A stretch of DNA of 64,000 bases, taken from the IMG/VR virus record IMGVR_UViG_3300008262_000001, one strand, 5' to 3'. Positions 47,107 through 56,875 of this stretch are shown here, piece by piece; within the stretch, counting starts at the first letter, position 1, and each line of letters opens with the position of its first letter. The position numbers were made by a program, and so were the translations under genes. This DNA comes from a virus (Duplodnaviria > Caudoviricetes). The notes beneath the pieces were generated by a model. The model saw nothing but the letters and a program-made list of their open reading frames with translations, was not told where the DNA came from and searched no databases.

Positions 47107-50064
47107 TTAAATGCTAGGGTTTTCATTGTTATTTGATTTAGGGTAAACTCTTCCAAGGTTTACTGGGGCTGAAGGAGGAACATTATATTCCGCGTTACCA
47201 AAAGCTCTTGGGTAAATTCTGTCAGATCCTCCTAAGAGAGATCCAGGTACATTAGCGTAAACGTCCTCATTTGTTGGTGGATATTGTCTTCCTGGTGCAG
47301 AGAGCGATGATCCAGGTACTGTAGGGAATTCATCGGGAGCTTTTGCTCCGGGATAAGTTCTTGCTGGTGCACCTAAATCTATTCCTGGAACAGTTGGATA
47401 GGAGTCATCGTTGACTGATTCGTACACTCTTCCCAAACCTCCAAGATCCCGACCAGGAACCCCTGTGTATTCATCTTTTGGTGTGACTGGTTTGTATTCT
47501 CTGGTAGGTGCTCCTAAGTCTTTTCCAGGCACATCAGGATAAACATCACCATCTGGAGTTTTGTAAACTCTTGCTAGTGCACCAAGTTCCGAACCAGGTA
47601 CGTTTTTGTATTCATCTTTAGGAGGAGGAGCATTATAAACCCTTTCAGTCCCTCCTAAATCAGGTCCAGGAACTCCCGGGTAAGCATCACCCTTAGGTTC
47701 ATCATAAATTCTTCCCAGTGGACCTGAATCTTTACCAGGAACTTCAGTGTACTCATCTTTTGGTGGAGGTACTTTATATTGCCTATCAGGTGCTCCCAAG
47801 TCGGGTCCAGGAACCCCTGGATATAAGTCACCAGTAGGCTCAGAATATACTCTATCAGGAACACCTAGATCCTTACCAGGAACTCCCTTAAACTCATCAC
47901 CTGCAGGAGGGCCAGGATAGGCTCTTTCTGGTGCTCCAAGATCTGTGCCTGGGACATCCGGATAAACATCACCTTTTGGTTCTGTATAAGCTCTTAAAGG
48001 AACGCCTAAATCTGCACCGGGGACATCTGAATATTCATCATTCCCTTGTACATTTGGATAGAGTCTTTGTGGCGGGCCAAGATCCGATCCAGGTACATTA
48101 TTATAAAGATCATCATTAAGAGTTGGATAAACTCTTTGAGGAACACCAAGATCCGATCCAGGTACATCGCCATATTCATCAGAGTTTACTGGTGGATATT
48201 GTCTATCAGGAACACCTAAATCATTTCCAGGTACGTTTCCGTAAACATCAGAATTTATTGTTGGATAAACTCTCTGTGGAACTCCAAGATCTGGACCAGG
48301 AACGTTATTATATTCGTCTGTAGAGACTGTTGGATATTGTCTTTCTGGAGCGCCTAAATCAGTTCCAGGAACGTTGTTGTAAACATCATCTTGAAGATTG
48401 GTTGTTCCTGCTCCTGAATTGGGTAAAACATTTCCAAGATTTTGTCCAGCTTGTCCGTTAACATCAGGATACACATCCGAATTTATTGTTGGGTATTGTC
48501 TTTCTGTAGGACCTCCAAGTCCTCTAGCTTGTGGCGTGTTGTCCTGGAATGGGTTAGGAACTCCTGCTTGGATAGTGCTCACCAAGCTTTGAACACTGGA
48601 TAAAGCTTGTCCTGCATTTACACCACCTAATCCGTAAATATTTCCAAGTAACGCTCCCTGAACGATGGATACACCTTGATTAGTTAAATCTGCAACAGTA
48701 TTGTTAATAAAGTTAGATGCAAGTTCTGCAGCAAACTGTCCTGCATTTCCCCCGGGATCCACAAAAGCATCACCGAATCCAGTGCTGTTAGCGTAATCTG
48801 AAAAATTGTAATCTGACTTAGGGTTTTCCCAAAGATCAGAAATAACCATGCTTTTGATGTTATCGTTTTTCTGAATGACATCTGCTAACTGATTGAACTG
48901 AATTTTATGATCCCTTACTCTTCCCACGTGTATCTTAAACTTTGTGGAGACTGATTGACCTCCTTTGTTGTCAATTGACGCATAAGAAGGAAATGTTTCA
49001 TCGAAGTCAAATTCACACTGATCAAATTGGTAAATGAAAGCATAAGGTCCTAAAGTATAAGATCCGAATTTGTCATTTCCCGGATCTTCGGCATTTGTAG
49101 ATCTTTGTAAAAGTCCTTCTGTATTATTCAACAAACCAGTTTGGCTATTAAAGCTATCTAAAAAGTTAGCTGCTTGTGCTACAGAAGGAATCTGGAAAGG
49201 GTTCAGAATATCGTTGATTCCATATGTGAGTTGAATATTTCTTATCTCAGTTACTATCAGCCACATTCTGAACTTTCTGAGATTCTCAGGGAGCATAACT
49301 CTGTGGTAAGTGTAGTCATAAATAGCCTTTCGATAAAGTTCTGAAAGACCAAATATTCTCATGTCGATTGATTCTAAACAATCTATGCTTAAAGTTCCTG
49401 CCCTTTTTGGAATACTTCCCTTTTTGTGGTAATTTTTGATATCAGTTTTTAAAAGCTGATCTAATCCACTAACATTTTGGAAGTAGTATGGACAATTTTT
49501 ATTAACGAAATCTAATCCCCTTTTAAAAGCTTCAAGCATTTGCTGTCTTTTCTGAGATCTTTGATATAAAAATTGTTGTGCTCCCATATAGGCAAGAGGG
49601 GAGTTAGCGGGAAAGAATCCATAATTTGCTCTGCTGGGAATTTTTCCCTTTGATCCATAAAAATAATCTTGGGAAGTTCCAAATCCTGAATTTGTAAGAT
49701 TTTGTATATCATTAGATATTCCGGTAATATCTGAAGGATTCTTTCCACTTCTGAGTGCTTCTAATGTTCTTGCCTCAAGATCTCCTGCAGCCGCGTTAAT
49801 GTTACCAACACCATTAGCTGAATAAGATCTAAATAACGGGGAAGGGGCTAAAAAGGTTTCCTCGTCTATTAAGGAATTGTTCCCAAAGTCGAACATAAAC
49901 TTGAAATAGATGTAGGTAGGATCTTCTTTCTTTCCGTGTTTCGTAGATGAAATTCCCTTCAGAAATTTCTCTCTCTGGAAATCTATTTTTCTGTTTAAGA
50001 TATCTCCAGTAGGTAAAACGTTACCAGCTAATCCTGAACCAAAATCCGATATAAAATCTGCCAT
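47107..50064 (-). CDS. Tail tube-like (gp19/gp54-type) protein with a C-terminal tandem repeat array
   Basis: N-half TLSIDCLESID...RKAIYD...IYQFDQCEF tube-fold pattern; 17 C-terminal repeats. Confidence 0.55.
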   Translation of the reverse strand: MADFISDFGSGLAGNVLPTGDILNRKIDFQREKFLKGISSTKHGKKEDPTYIYFKFMFDFGNNSLIDEETFLAPSPLFRSYSANGVGNINAAAGDLEARTLEALRSGKNPSDITGISNDIQNLTNSGFGTSQDYFYGSKGKIPSRANYGFFPANSPLAYMGAQQFLYQRSQKRQQMLEAFKRGLDFVNKNCPYYFQNVSGLDQLLKTDIKNYHKKGSIPKRAGTLSIDCLESIDMRIFGLSELYRKAIYDYTYHRVMLPENLRKFRMWLIVTEIRNIQLTYGINDILNPFQIPSVAQAANFLDSFNSQTGLLNNTEGLLQRSTNAEDPGNDKFGSYTLGPYAFIYQFDQCEFDFDETFPSYASIDNKGGQSVSTKFKIHVGRVRDHKIQFNQLADVIQKNDNIKSMVISDLWENPKSDYNFSDYANSTGFGDAFVDPGGNAGQFAAELASNFINNTVADLTNQGVSIVQGALLGNIYGLGGVNAGQALSSVQSLVSTIQAGVPNPFQDNTPQARGLGGPTERQYPTINSDVYPDVNGQAGQNLGNVLPNSGAGTTNLQDDVYNNVPGTDLGAPERQYPTVSTDEYNNVPGPDLGVPQRVYPTINSDVYGNVPGNDLGVPDRQYPPVNSDEYGDVPGSDLGVPQRVYPTLNDDLYNNVPGSDLGPPQRLYPNVQGNDEYSDVPGADLGVPLRAYTEPKGDVYPDVPGTDLGAPERAYPGPPAGDEFKGVPGKDLGVPDRVYSEPTGDLYPGVPGPDLGAPDRQYKVPPPKDEYTEVPGKDSGPLGRIYDEPKGDAYPGVPGPDLGGTERVYNAPPPKDEYKNVPGSELGALARVYKTPDGDVYPDVPGKDLGAPTREYKPVTPKDEYTGVPGRDLGGLGRVYESVNDDSYPTVPGIDLGAPARTYPGAKAPDEFPTVPGSSLSAPGRQYPPTNEDVYANVPGSLLGGSDRIYPRAFGNAEYNVPPSAPVNLGRVYPKSNNNENPSI
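47194..48387 (-). repeat. Coding tandem repeat, 17 units of 23/24 aa (69/72 bp), consensus DxYxxVPGxDLGxPxRxYxxxxx
   Basis: Units read directly from the translation; 398 aa in total. Confidence 0.95.
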
Positions 50065-50073
50065 TTCTTTCTT

Positions 50074-51699
50074 TTATTTTCCAAATATATCGCTCTTGAT
50101 GCTTCCTATATCTTCCTGCAAAATCGAAGAAGCATTTTCTACAAGATCATTAAAGTTCGGATCATTCTCTTTAGGATTTAAAGGAGAAGGATCAGAAGCA
50201 ATTCCAGGATTGAGTGACCATTGCTTTTTGCCTAAAAGCAAAGTTTGGTGCATTCCATCTTTTTTATTGTATTCAATAGTGAAACCAAGTACAACATAAT
50301 TTCCTGACAAAAAAGTATTCGGTACTCTTTTATCTGGTGGTGGTGCTAATGAGGTTCCGTCACCACCTGCGGCAGTGTATTTTGAATCTCCGGAAATAGT
50401 GCTACTTCCCTCTTGAACTATATTAACAGGAAACGTTTGTCCTCTATAAATAAATGGTGTCCAAGCTCTGTTCTTAACCTTAAGAAGAATTTTATAACTA
50501 TCGTTCCTATTTAAGATATTCTGAACTTGTGCTTGCTGAAAATTTTCATGAACATTATCGAAATAAATTGTTCCAGCGTAAGTGTTTTTAACTTCCTCTT
50601 TATAAAGAGATTCACCTAGTCTTCCTTTGTTCAAAGCGTCTCTTGCCCCTAAATCTCTATTTGTAACAGACTCAATTTTATAGCTAACGAACTTATTTTT
50701 GGGTTTGTCAGATGTCAGATTGGAGTCGTAAAATTGAAGATTTTGAAAATATCCTATATCATTATTAATTTGTCCAGCATTGTGCTGTAATGACATTGCT
50801 GTGATAAATAAAGGGGATTTACTATAGCTCGTTTGGTTTGTTAATAGAATCGGAAACTCAACCTCAGCAGTTTCTGCACCAGGCGCTAAATCTGGAGTGT
50901 AGTCCGCTCCATAAGCCATTCTTATCGTTTCGATTGTGGAATTTTGTTCATCAAACTGTTTTTTTAAATTAACAAGATTCAAGTTGTAATATTGATCAAT
51001 CCAACAATCAAAATAATCTTGTTCTCCTAACCAAGAACTATTGACAATGTGTTTTATTGCGTTTTCGTATTCAGTACTTGGAGAAATCCAAGTCATCGAA
51101 TCATTTGTTTTTGGTTCATTAGAAGCGTATCCTAGATTTAATTCTTCAGCCATTTTAATTAAAACATCAGAACTTGTTCCTTTGTAAGCTGCAGAATTAT
51201 GCCTATATAATTTAGGAATTCTAACTTCGCCCTTGACTGTATAAGTTTGGAATCTTCCAGTAGAGGGTTCAAAGTTATTTTCATCACTCACTGTGTTAGC
51301 TCTAGAAAAAGGGGAAATGACCTCAGTCACAATGAAGTCCATTCTTATAGGCTTAAACATTTCACCTAAAGCCCTGATATAAATTGAAAATATGTCGCCA
51401 TCCTTAGGAAAGGATGTGAAAATAAATCTCTCGTCGATCGTTTGAAATCTGAATATTGCGGTGGGTTTGAATCCTGTCATATCCAATTGAAAATATGATA
51501 GTCCCTTTACAATAACACTATTAATCCGGATCAGTGGCTCTGCCATACCGAACCACTTCTTCTGGATATTATTTGATTTTTCATCATTTACTTGAGTGTT
51601 GCCCTCTTGCGATGAAGTATCAAGCACAGAAAGTTCGTCCAGAAATATATCAGGATTGCGATATTGGAGAATTGCTTTTCTTACATTAAATTCTGCCAT
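50074..51699 (-). CDS. Baseplate hub protein, gp27/GpD-like
   Basis: Position between the gp53-like and gp5-like genes; GTSSDVLIKMAEELNL...WI...CWIDQYYNLNL pattern of hub proteins. Confidence 0.6.
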   Translation of the reverse strand: MAEFNVRKAILQYRNPDIFLDELSVLDTSSQEGNTQVNDEKSNNIQKKWFGMAEPLIRINSVIVKGLSYFQLDMTGFKPTAIFRFQTIDERFIFTSFPKDGDIFSIYIRALGEMFKPIRMDFIVTEVISPFSRANTVSDENNFEPSTGRFQTYTVKGEVRIPKLYRHNSAAYKGTSSDVLIKMAEELNLGYASNEPKTNDSMTWISPSTEYENAIKHIVNSSWLGEQDYFDCWIDQYYNLNLVNLKKQFDEQNSTIETIRMAYGADYTPDLAPGAETAEVEFPILLTNQTSYSKSPLFITAMSLQHNAGQINNDIGYFQNLQFYDSNLTSDKPKNKFVSYKIESVTNRDLGARDALNKGRLGESLYKEEVKNTYAGTIYFDNVHENFQQAQVQNILNRNDSYKILLKVKNRAWTPFIYRGQTFPVNIVQEGSSTISGDSKYTAAGGDGTSLAPPPDKRVPNTFLSGNYVVLGFTIEYNKKDGMHQTLLLGKKQWSLNPGIASDPSPLNPKENDPNFNDLVENASSILQEDIGSIKSDIFGK

Positions 51700-51704
51700 A
51701 AGTT

Positions 51705-52310
51705 TTATCTTCTAAAAATGTTTTTCTGTGCAAGTTTCGTTTTAATATCAGTAACAGATACGTTTTTCTTCGCTTTAGTTTTACATTGACCTATATCTGG
51801 ACCAAATAAAAGTTTTCCATCAGCAACTAGTATTTGTTGTTGACCCTCTTGTAATAAATTAGTCGGAAGTGGAACATCAGCTAAATTCGAAATATTCTTT
51901 GAATTAAGGTATTCCAGTCTTTCTTGACTAACTTGTGAAATCTTCTCTTGTAGCTCCTTTCTGAAAGATTTAGCTTTTTGTTTTTGGTTAGTAACTGCTC
52001 TACCACTATTGAAAAGATCCCTTACCATTGTTTCCCCAGGAACAGCTAGGATTTCTCCAGATTTCACTGTAAGTGGATTAGAGATATTATTAAGTTTTAA
52101 TAAGCTTCCTAATTCTGCAGAATTTCCCATATATGAGAGAGCAACTAAGTCAGCTCTCATTTCCGTTTCCTCTGTTACTATTGCAAGTGTTCGCAGAGAG
52201 TATCTGATATTTTTGGGATCCCATGATGGTGTCAAAAGATCCACAGATTGAACCTTAGTTTTTGGATTAACAAAAAAAGGTTTAGAGTCTATTATATCAA
52301 TTGAAAGCAT
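51705..52310 (-). CDS. Baseplate wedge gp53-like LysM protein
   Basis: EMRADLVALSYMGNSAELGSLLKLNNISNPLTVKSGEILAVP LysM-like motif. Confidence 0.75.
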   Translation of the reverse strand: MLSIDIIDSKPFFVNPKTKVQSVDLLTPSWDPKNIRYSLRTLAIVTEETEMRADLVALSYMGNSAELGSLLKLNNISNPLTVKSGEILAVPGETMVRDLFNSGRAVTNQKQKAKSFRKELQEKISQVSQERLEYLNSKNISNLADVPLPTNLLQEGQQQILVADGKLLFGPDIGQCKTKAKKNVSVTDIKTKLAQKNIFRR

Positions 52311-52320
52311 ATTGTGTTAT

Positions 52321-54174
52321 TTAGTTGCTGGTATTCCCCAGATTGTTATTTGGTGCCCCTTGCAAGATCAAATTGTCTAGGCTTTGTTCATTTACTCTTA
52401 ATCCTGAAGTATTAATGTAAGCCTCTGTAGTTTCTGTGCTTTCAACCAATTGGCCTAAGTATAATCTACCATTACCTCTATTGAACATAGATTCCCAATC
52501 TCCTCTGTGTCTTTGTCTTCCTGGAGAAAGAGTGAAAGATGCTGTTAGTTCTGTTGGAAAATCATCTGGACCTAGATCATCTCCAAAATTGATTTTAACA
52601 TTTGTGCAAACTAAGTTTCCTATCATTGCGATAGGATTCAATGGATTTCCAACAACTAAATGCCATTCACCAACTGGGTATCCACTAAGCATTATGGGTT
52701 GATAATAAACTTTTCTTAAGAACAAATCACTTAGCATTACTGCTATAGAGTTATAGAACTTGCCATCTTTTGGAATACCTTTACTTGGATCTGCGATAAA
52801 CTGTTTGATTTCGTTTGTTGCCTGTTCTATATCACTTTTTAATGATCCCTCAGCAGAAGCTATATTATTGACATTTTGCTCAGAAAGAATATTCGAAACT
52901 TGGTCTTTGATGTATCCAATCGGATCAACAATAGATTTAGCGTATCCTTTTGCGCCTCCAGGGAAACCTAGACCTACACTAGTTTGTTCTAATCGAAGTT
53001 CAGGAGATAGGAATTGTCCGTAATCTGTTCCAATCGACAATAGATTCGTCATTAAATCAAGGAAAAGTAATTTAGAATTTACTGTTCCTACTGATGTTAA
53101 ATTATAATCAAACGTCAAAGTGAAAGACGATTGTTCATCACCACCAGTAAATCCCTGCTTTCTCGTCATCATTTTGTTGACTGTATTGACATTAACAAAA
53201 ATCTTCTTCGAAAGTGGACCATCACCTGATGTGGCTCCATCTAATAGCTTTCTCCTTAGCGCATTTATATTTTTTTGTGGTGACGTAAATGTACCAAGTA
53301 ATTTGTCAAGTCCTTCAACGTCTAAATTATTATTACCACTAGATATGAAGGATTTTATTAGGTCTCCAAAAGGTGAATTCATCAAACCAGGGTCACCAGT
53401 TTGCTCATTTTTTAGAGGCTCTTGTGTGTCATAGCTAAAATTAAGACCTGTGCTTATTCCGAGTATAGGAGTAAGATTATTTCCAGTGCCTTCACCAAAA
53501 TATGTGACTGCCTGTGCAACAGGAAGCGTTGTATTTTCTGAAGCATTGCGATCTTCCAATCGGTCTCTTAAACCACCAATACTAGCTTCTTCCACTGTAA
53601 CTTTCCCATTTGCAAGTTTAATACTTGCTGGTTTGGGTGGTAAAATTCTCAAAGAATCCAAAGTGGGATATGGGAATCTTCTCAGAGTAAGCATTCTATT
53701 GTTTGGAATTATTCCGTAGTGCTTACAAAAAATAAAATCTTTCACGTTATAAACCTGTCCTCGGTATGGACTGTTTGGATCCATAAAAGCAGGTACAGAA
53801 CCTGATGTTGATGTACCTGATACTGTGTCAATAATCATTTTAGCAGTCGGATTTCTTGACACTCTCGGGGTTATCTCTTGGAGGTACTCAGTAGTTTCAG
53901 AAAGATCGTATCTTACCTTTTTACCTTGTGTATTTTTTCCAAGAACATAATATGCAAAAAGACCAGAATAGACTCCATCAGAAGTTGCAGCATCATAAAA
54001 TAAGCTTTTGGGAAGATCATTAAGTTCACTTAACTCATAAGTAGCAAAAGTTTTATCTGCTGCTGAAACATAAATACCAGTAGCGAACCTCTGTACTGTA
54101 GGATCTGCTACACTTCCTCCAGAGGATGCACCACTGATCCCATTTTTGATTGAATCTGTATTAGGAACTCCCAT
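52321..54174 (-). CDS. Baseplate tail-tube initiator (gp48/gp54-like)
   Basis: First gene of the hub operon; FTLTFDY and NLVCTNVKINF...FPTELTASFTL tube-fold C-terminus. Confidence 0.5.
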   Translation of the reverse strand: MGVPNTDSIKNGISGASSGGSVADPTVQRFATGIYVSAADKTFATYELSELNDLPKSLFYDAATSDGVYSGLFAYYVLGKNTQGKKVRYDLSETTEYLQEITPRVSRNPTAKMIIDTVSGTSTSGSVPAFMDPNSPYRGQVYNVKDFIFCKHYGIIPNNRMLTLRRFPYPTLDSLRILPPKPASIKLANGKVTVEEASIGGLRDRLEDRNASENTTLPVAQAVTYFGEGTGNNLTPILGISTGLNFSYDTQEPLKNEQTGDPGLMNSPFGDLIKSFISSGNNNLDVEGLDKLLGTFTSPQKNINALRRKLLDGATSGDGPLSKKIFVNVNTVNKMMTRKQGFTGGDEQSSFTLTFDYNLTSVGTVNSKLLFLDLMTNLLSIGTDYGQFLSPELRLEQTSVGLGFPGGAKGYAKSIVDPIGYIKDQVSNILSEQNVNNIASAEGSLKSDIEQATNEIKQFIADPSKGIPKDGKFYNSIAVMLSDLFLRKVYYQPIMLSGYPVGEWHLVVGNPLNPIAMIGNLVCTNVKINFGDDLGPDDFPTELTASFTLSPGRQRHRGDWESMFNRGNGRLYLGQLVESTETTEAYINTSGLRVNEQSLDNLILQGAPNNNLGNTSN

Positions 54175-54178
54175 ACTG

Positions 54179-54185
54179 TATATAC
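54179..54185 (-). promoter_or_regulatory. GTATATA motif
   Basis: 4 nt upstream of ATG 54174, the first gene of the hub operon. Confidence 0.55.
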
Positions 54186-54194
54186 CCCGATTGG

Positions 54195-54518
54195 TTATTC
54201 CGTTATTAAAACTACCTCACAAAATTCACATTCGAAAATCGTGGATATTTTTTGTTTTAATAAGGAAACAAAAGGGTCAGTGGGAGAATCGTAAACAACA
54301 ACTAAAGAGCAACCAGAAGAAACCTTAGATTTTGAGCTTAATATTTTTTTATGAAGCCATTCTTCAAAAATGTATTGCCTTATTTCATTCATGCTAGAAG
54401 GAGACAAGTTGTTTTGCTTAAACCAAGAATTTACATCAATCGGATAAACATCACAGCTTTGCAATTGGACAGTTTTGACTTTGTCCGCTTTAGTGACTAT
54501 AAATGATTTAGACAGCAC
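54195..54518 (-). CDS. Hypothetical protein
   Basis: 107-aa ORF in tandem with its neighbours. Confidence 0.55.
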   Translation of the reverse strand: MLSKSFIVTKADKVKTVQLQSCDVYPIDVNSWFKQNNLSPSSMNEIRQYIFEEWLHKKILSSKSKVSSGCSLVVVYDSPTDPFVSLLKQKISTIFECEFCEVVLITE

Positions 54519-54527
54519 TAGAAAAAA

Positions 54528-54692
54528 TTAATCTGTTTTTTTATTAAGATTCCTTTGCTCAGTTAAATTTCTCAAATGAATTAACTTACCAAGTGATCCA
54601 GATGAGCCGGATGTTTTTTTGTTGTTTTCTTTCTTCAGAAGACCCATCTCTTTGGCGAGTTTTCTTCTTTCCTTTCTATTAGGTAAGTTCAT
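54528..54692 (-). CDS. Small basic protein (NRKERR motif)
   Basis: MNLPNRKERRKLAKEMG; start at 54692 overlaps the NUDIX end. Confidence 0.55.
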   Translation of the reverse strand: MNLPNRKERRKLAKEMGLLKKENNKKTSGSSGSLGKLIHLRNLTEQRNLNKKTD

Positions 54693-55239
54693 TTTCCTTT
54701 GTTGTTTTATTGAAAAGATTTTTGAATGTTTTGATGAATAGTGTGCTAACCAAAGAATCCTCAAGATCTAATGCCTCATCCACAGAAATTAGTTCAAACT
54801 TTGAATCTTTCTCTGAACTAGATCCATCAGTGGTTTTTTCTTCAGAAACTAATCCCGTTATATTGACTGCAAAACAAGGATTAGAATTAAGGACTAATTT
54901 TGATGTGTATAATGTACCTAAGAAATTCCATCTTTTAAGATCGTCAACAGAAAAACCAGATTCTTCCATGAGCTCTCTTACTGCAGTTTGAAATATATTT
55001 TTGTCATCATCATCTTGCGATCCTGTGATCAACGTCTTAGCCATTCCTCCAGGTCTTTGATCTAAGACCTCACTTAGAACTCCGATTTGATCAGGAACGC
55101 CATCTTTGTCCAAGGTATAAGGCATAATGATAACACCAGGATTTATCTGTCTGATGAAAATTTTACCGTCTATCTCTACACTTTCGGTGTTTTTAGTCTT
55201 CCGAAGGGAGATCGTTTCCGCTTTTTCGAATATTTGCAT
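54679..55239 (-). CDS. NUDIX hydrolase
   Basis: Nudix box GSQDDDDKNIFQTAVRELMEESG. Confidence 0.85.
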   Translation of the reverse strand: MQIFEKAETISLRKTKNTESVEIDGKIFIRQINPGVIIMPYTLDKDGVPDQIGVLSEVLDQRPGGMAKTLITGSQDDDDKNIFQTAVRELMEESGFSVDDLKRWNFLGTLYTSKLVLNSNPCFAVNITGLVSEEKTTDGSSSEKDSKFELISVDEALDLEDSLVSTLFIKTFKNLFNKTTKENELT

Positions 55240-55795
55240 GGTTACCTTTATATATCTCTCGAATATTCTGTCTTAAACTGTCCTTAATGATCTCAATATC
55301 TAAATCATTAACAACAAATTCAATGATTTCTTTATCCGCATCCTCAAAAGACGTAGTGAGGATATTATAAAGGCTTTTAGTTGGAAGATTCAATTTGAGC
55401 TTAATCCCAACCTCTACCCAGTTAGGTTTTTGCTTCTCTAATAATGAAGTAATTGGATTTGAAGAAACAGTTACCACTGACGGTGTTTCAACCACCATGA
55501 CATTTCTTGCTCCAAGCGGTTTGGTTGAATTGATCGTGGGAGTGGTAGATTGTGGTAAAGAATTTAGTGTTTGCGCGGGAACAGGATCTATTTGAATCAT
55601 ATAATCATTCAAAAGAGCGTAGTTGATGCGAGTACCGTCTTTGAAATTGACCCAAATAACACCACTAGTTGGATCTTTGAACACGTCACTATATTCACAA
55701 ACAGTTCCATTATTGTCACCTTTGGTCCATTTATAAGCAAAGGGGCTCAATTCTTTATCAAGATGCTCAACATCAATTTCTTCTATATTTTCCAT
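55193..55795 (-). CDS. Hypothetical protein
   Basis: ORF; likely start ATG 55795 right after the upstream stop at 55797. Confidence 0.6.
   Translation of the reverse strand: MENIEEIDVEHLDKELSPFAYKWTKGDNNGTVCEYSDVFKDPTSGVIWVNFKDGTRINYALLNDYMIQIDPVPAQTLNSLPQSTTPTINSTKPLGARNVMVVETPSVVTVSSNPITSLLEKQKPNWVEVGIKLKLNLPTKSLYNILTTSFEDADKEIIEFVVNDLDIEIIKDSLRQNIREIYKGNHANIRKSGNDLPSED
55249..55256 (-). promoter_or_regulatory. GATATATA motif
   Basis: 9 nt upstream of NUDIX ATG 55239. Confidence 0.5.
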
Positions 55796-55796
55796 C

Positions 55797-56108
55797 TTAG
55801 GATTTTTTCTTATTATTTTTTTCAGAAGATTCCACATCCTCAATTATTTTTGTTTCAGTGTATCCATTAGCTCTTAAATACTCTATCCATGTAGGTAAGT
55901 CTTTTTGAGTTATCCAAGTATTTTTGTAGGTTTTGCCTCCAGAAATGCTGTTGATTACAAGTATATTATCCATCACTGGATCTTTATGCCTTGATATTTC
56001 TAATTTGGCTTTGCCAGTTGCCTTTGATAATACCATCTTATGACCTGATGTTATTTCCATAACTTTTATATTATAGATTACTTCTAGATTTTTGATTCGA
56101 GAATCCAA
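55797..56108 (-). CDS. Hypothetical protein
   Basis: 103-aa ORF; start uncertain (alternative 56060). Confidence 0.55.
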   Translation of the reverse strand: MDSRIKNLEVIYNIKVMEITSGHKMVLSKATGKAKLEISRHKDPVMDNILVINSISGGKTYKNTWITQKDLPTWIEYLRANGYTETKIIEDVESSEKNNKKKS

Positions 56109-56120
56109 GAAAAAGAAGTT

Positions 56121-56828
56121 CTAAAGTAGTCCCCATTTTTCTAAGAATATTGGCTGAGATCCCGTCGTTAGCCTAAACATCTCAGTGTTATCAGATACAA
56201 CAGCCTCTGTTGTTTTACCTATGTTTTTGTCGTGATGTATAACTATGGAGTCAGTAACGAGTGCGTGTTTGAGTCCTTGTTGCATCAATGTCATCGCATA
56301 ATCATTATCGCAAAACCAGTGAAAAAATCTTTCATCCAAGTCACCAATGATATCATAAATTTCTCTTTTATGGACGATACACCATCCGGATAATTCCTTT
56401 CTAATATTGTGACCAAATCTAATTCCAGAGTGAGGATAGATTCCATACATAACTTGTGTCATTGGACAAATGGGAGAGAAAGAAATAACATCTGGATTTT
56501 TTTCGTGGCAATCAAGAATTGTAGAAAACCAGTTTTTTGTAAATTCTAAATCATTATTGCACAAGGCTACCCATTCAGAGGATCCGCTTTTTCTACCAAA
56601 ATTTAAGAATTTGTGATATCCATAAGGTAGAGGTGCAGATAAAGTTTGGATGTTGCAATTTTTATAGTTCCAAGTTACCCCTTCTTGTGATTCCACAACT
56701 ATTACATTGAAAATCTCTGAAGAGTTTTCTTCGGAGGAAAACAAAGTTTCTATACAGCGAGAAGTAAGAGATTTACAATAATCATCCTTAGCATAACTTA
56801 CAATTACAATATCGATTTTACTGTCCAC
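56121..56828 (-). CDS. Glycosyltransferase family 2
   Basis: IDIVIVSY, WVALCNND, DERFFHWFCDNDY GT-A motifs. Confidence 0.88.
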   Translation of the reverse strand: MDSKIDIVIVSYAKDDYCKSLTSRCIETLFSSEENSSEIFNVIVVESQEGVTWNYKNCNIQTLSAPLPYGYHKFLNFGRKSGSSEWVALCNNDLEFTKNWFSTILDCHEKNPDVISFSPICPMTQVMYGIYPHSGIRFGHNIRKELSGWCIVHKREIYDIIGDLDERFFHWFCDNDYAMTLMQQGLKHALVTDSIVIHHDKNIGKTTEAVVSDNTEMFRLTTGSQPIFLEKWGLL

Positions 56829-56875
56829 TTACAAATCAGATTATAAAAACTTTAGAAGTTTTAAGGAGTAAAGTT

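Noticed and set aside
47194-48387. Regular ~70-bp periodic repeats resembling a CRISPR array
   Set aside because: They lie in frame within a 985-aa ORF, vary synonymously, conserve amino acids rather than DNA, and have no identical repeat/unique spacer structure or cas genes.
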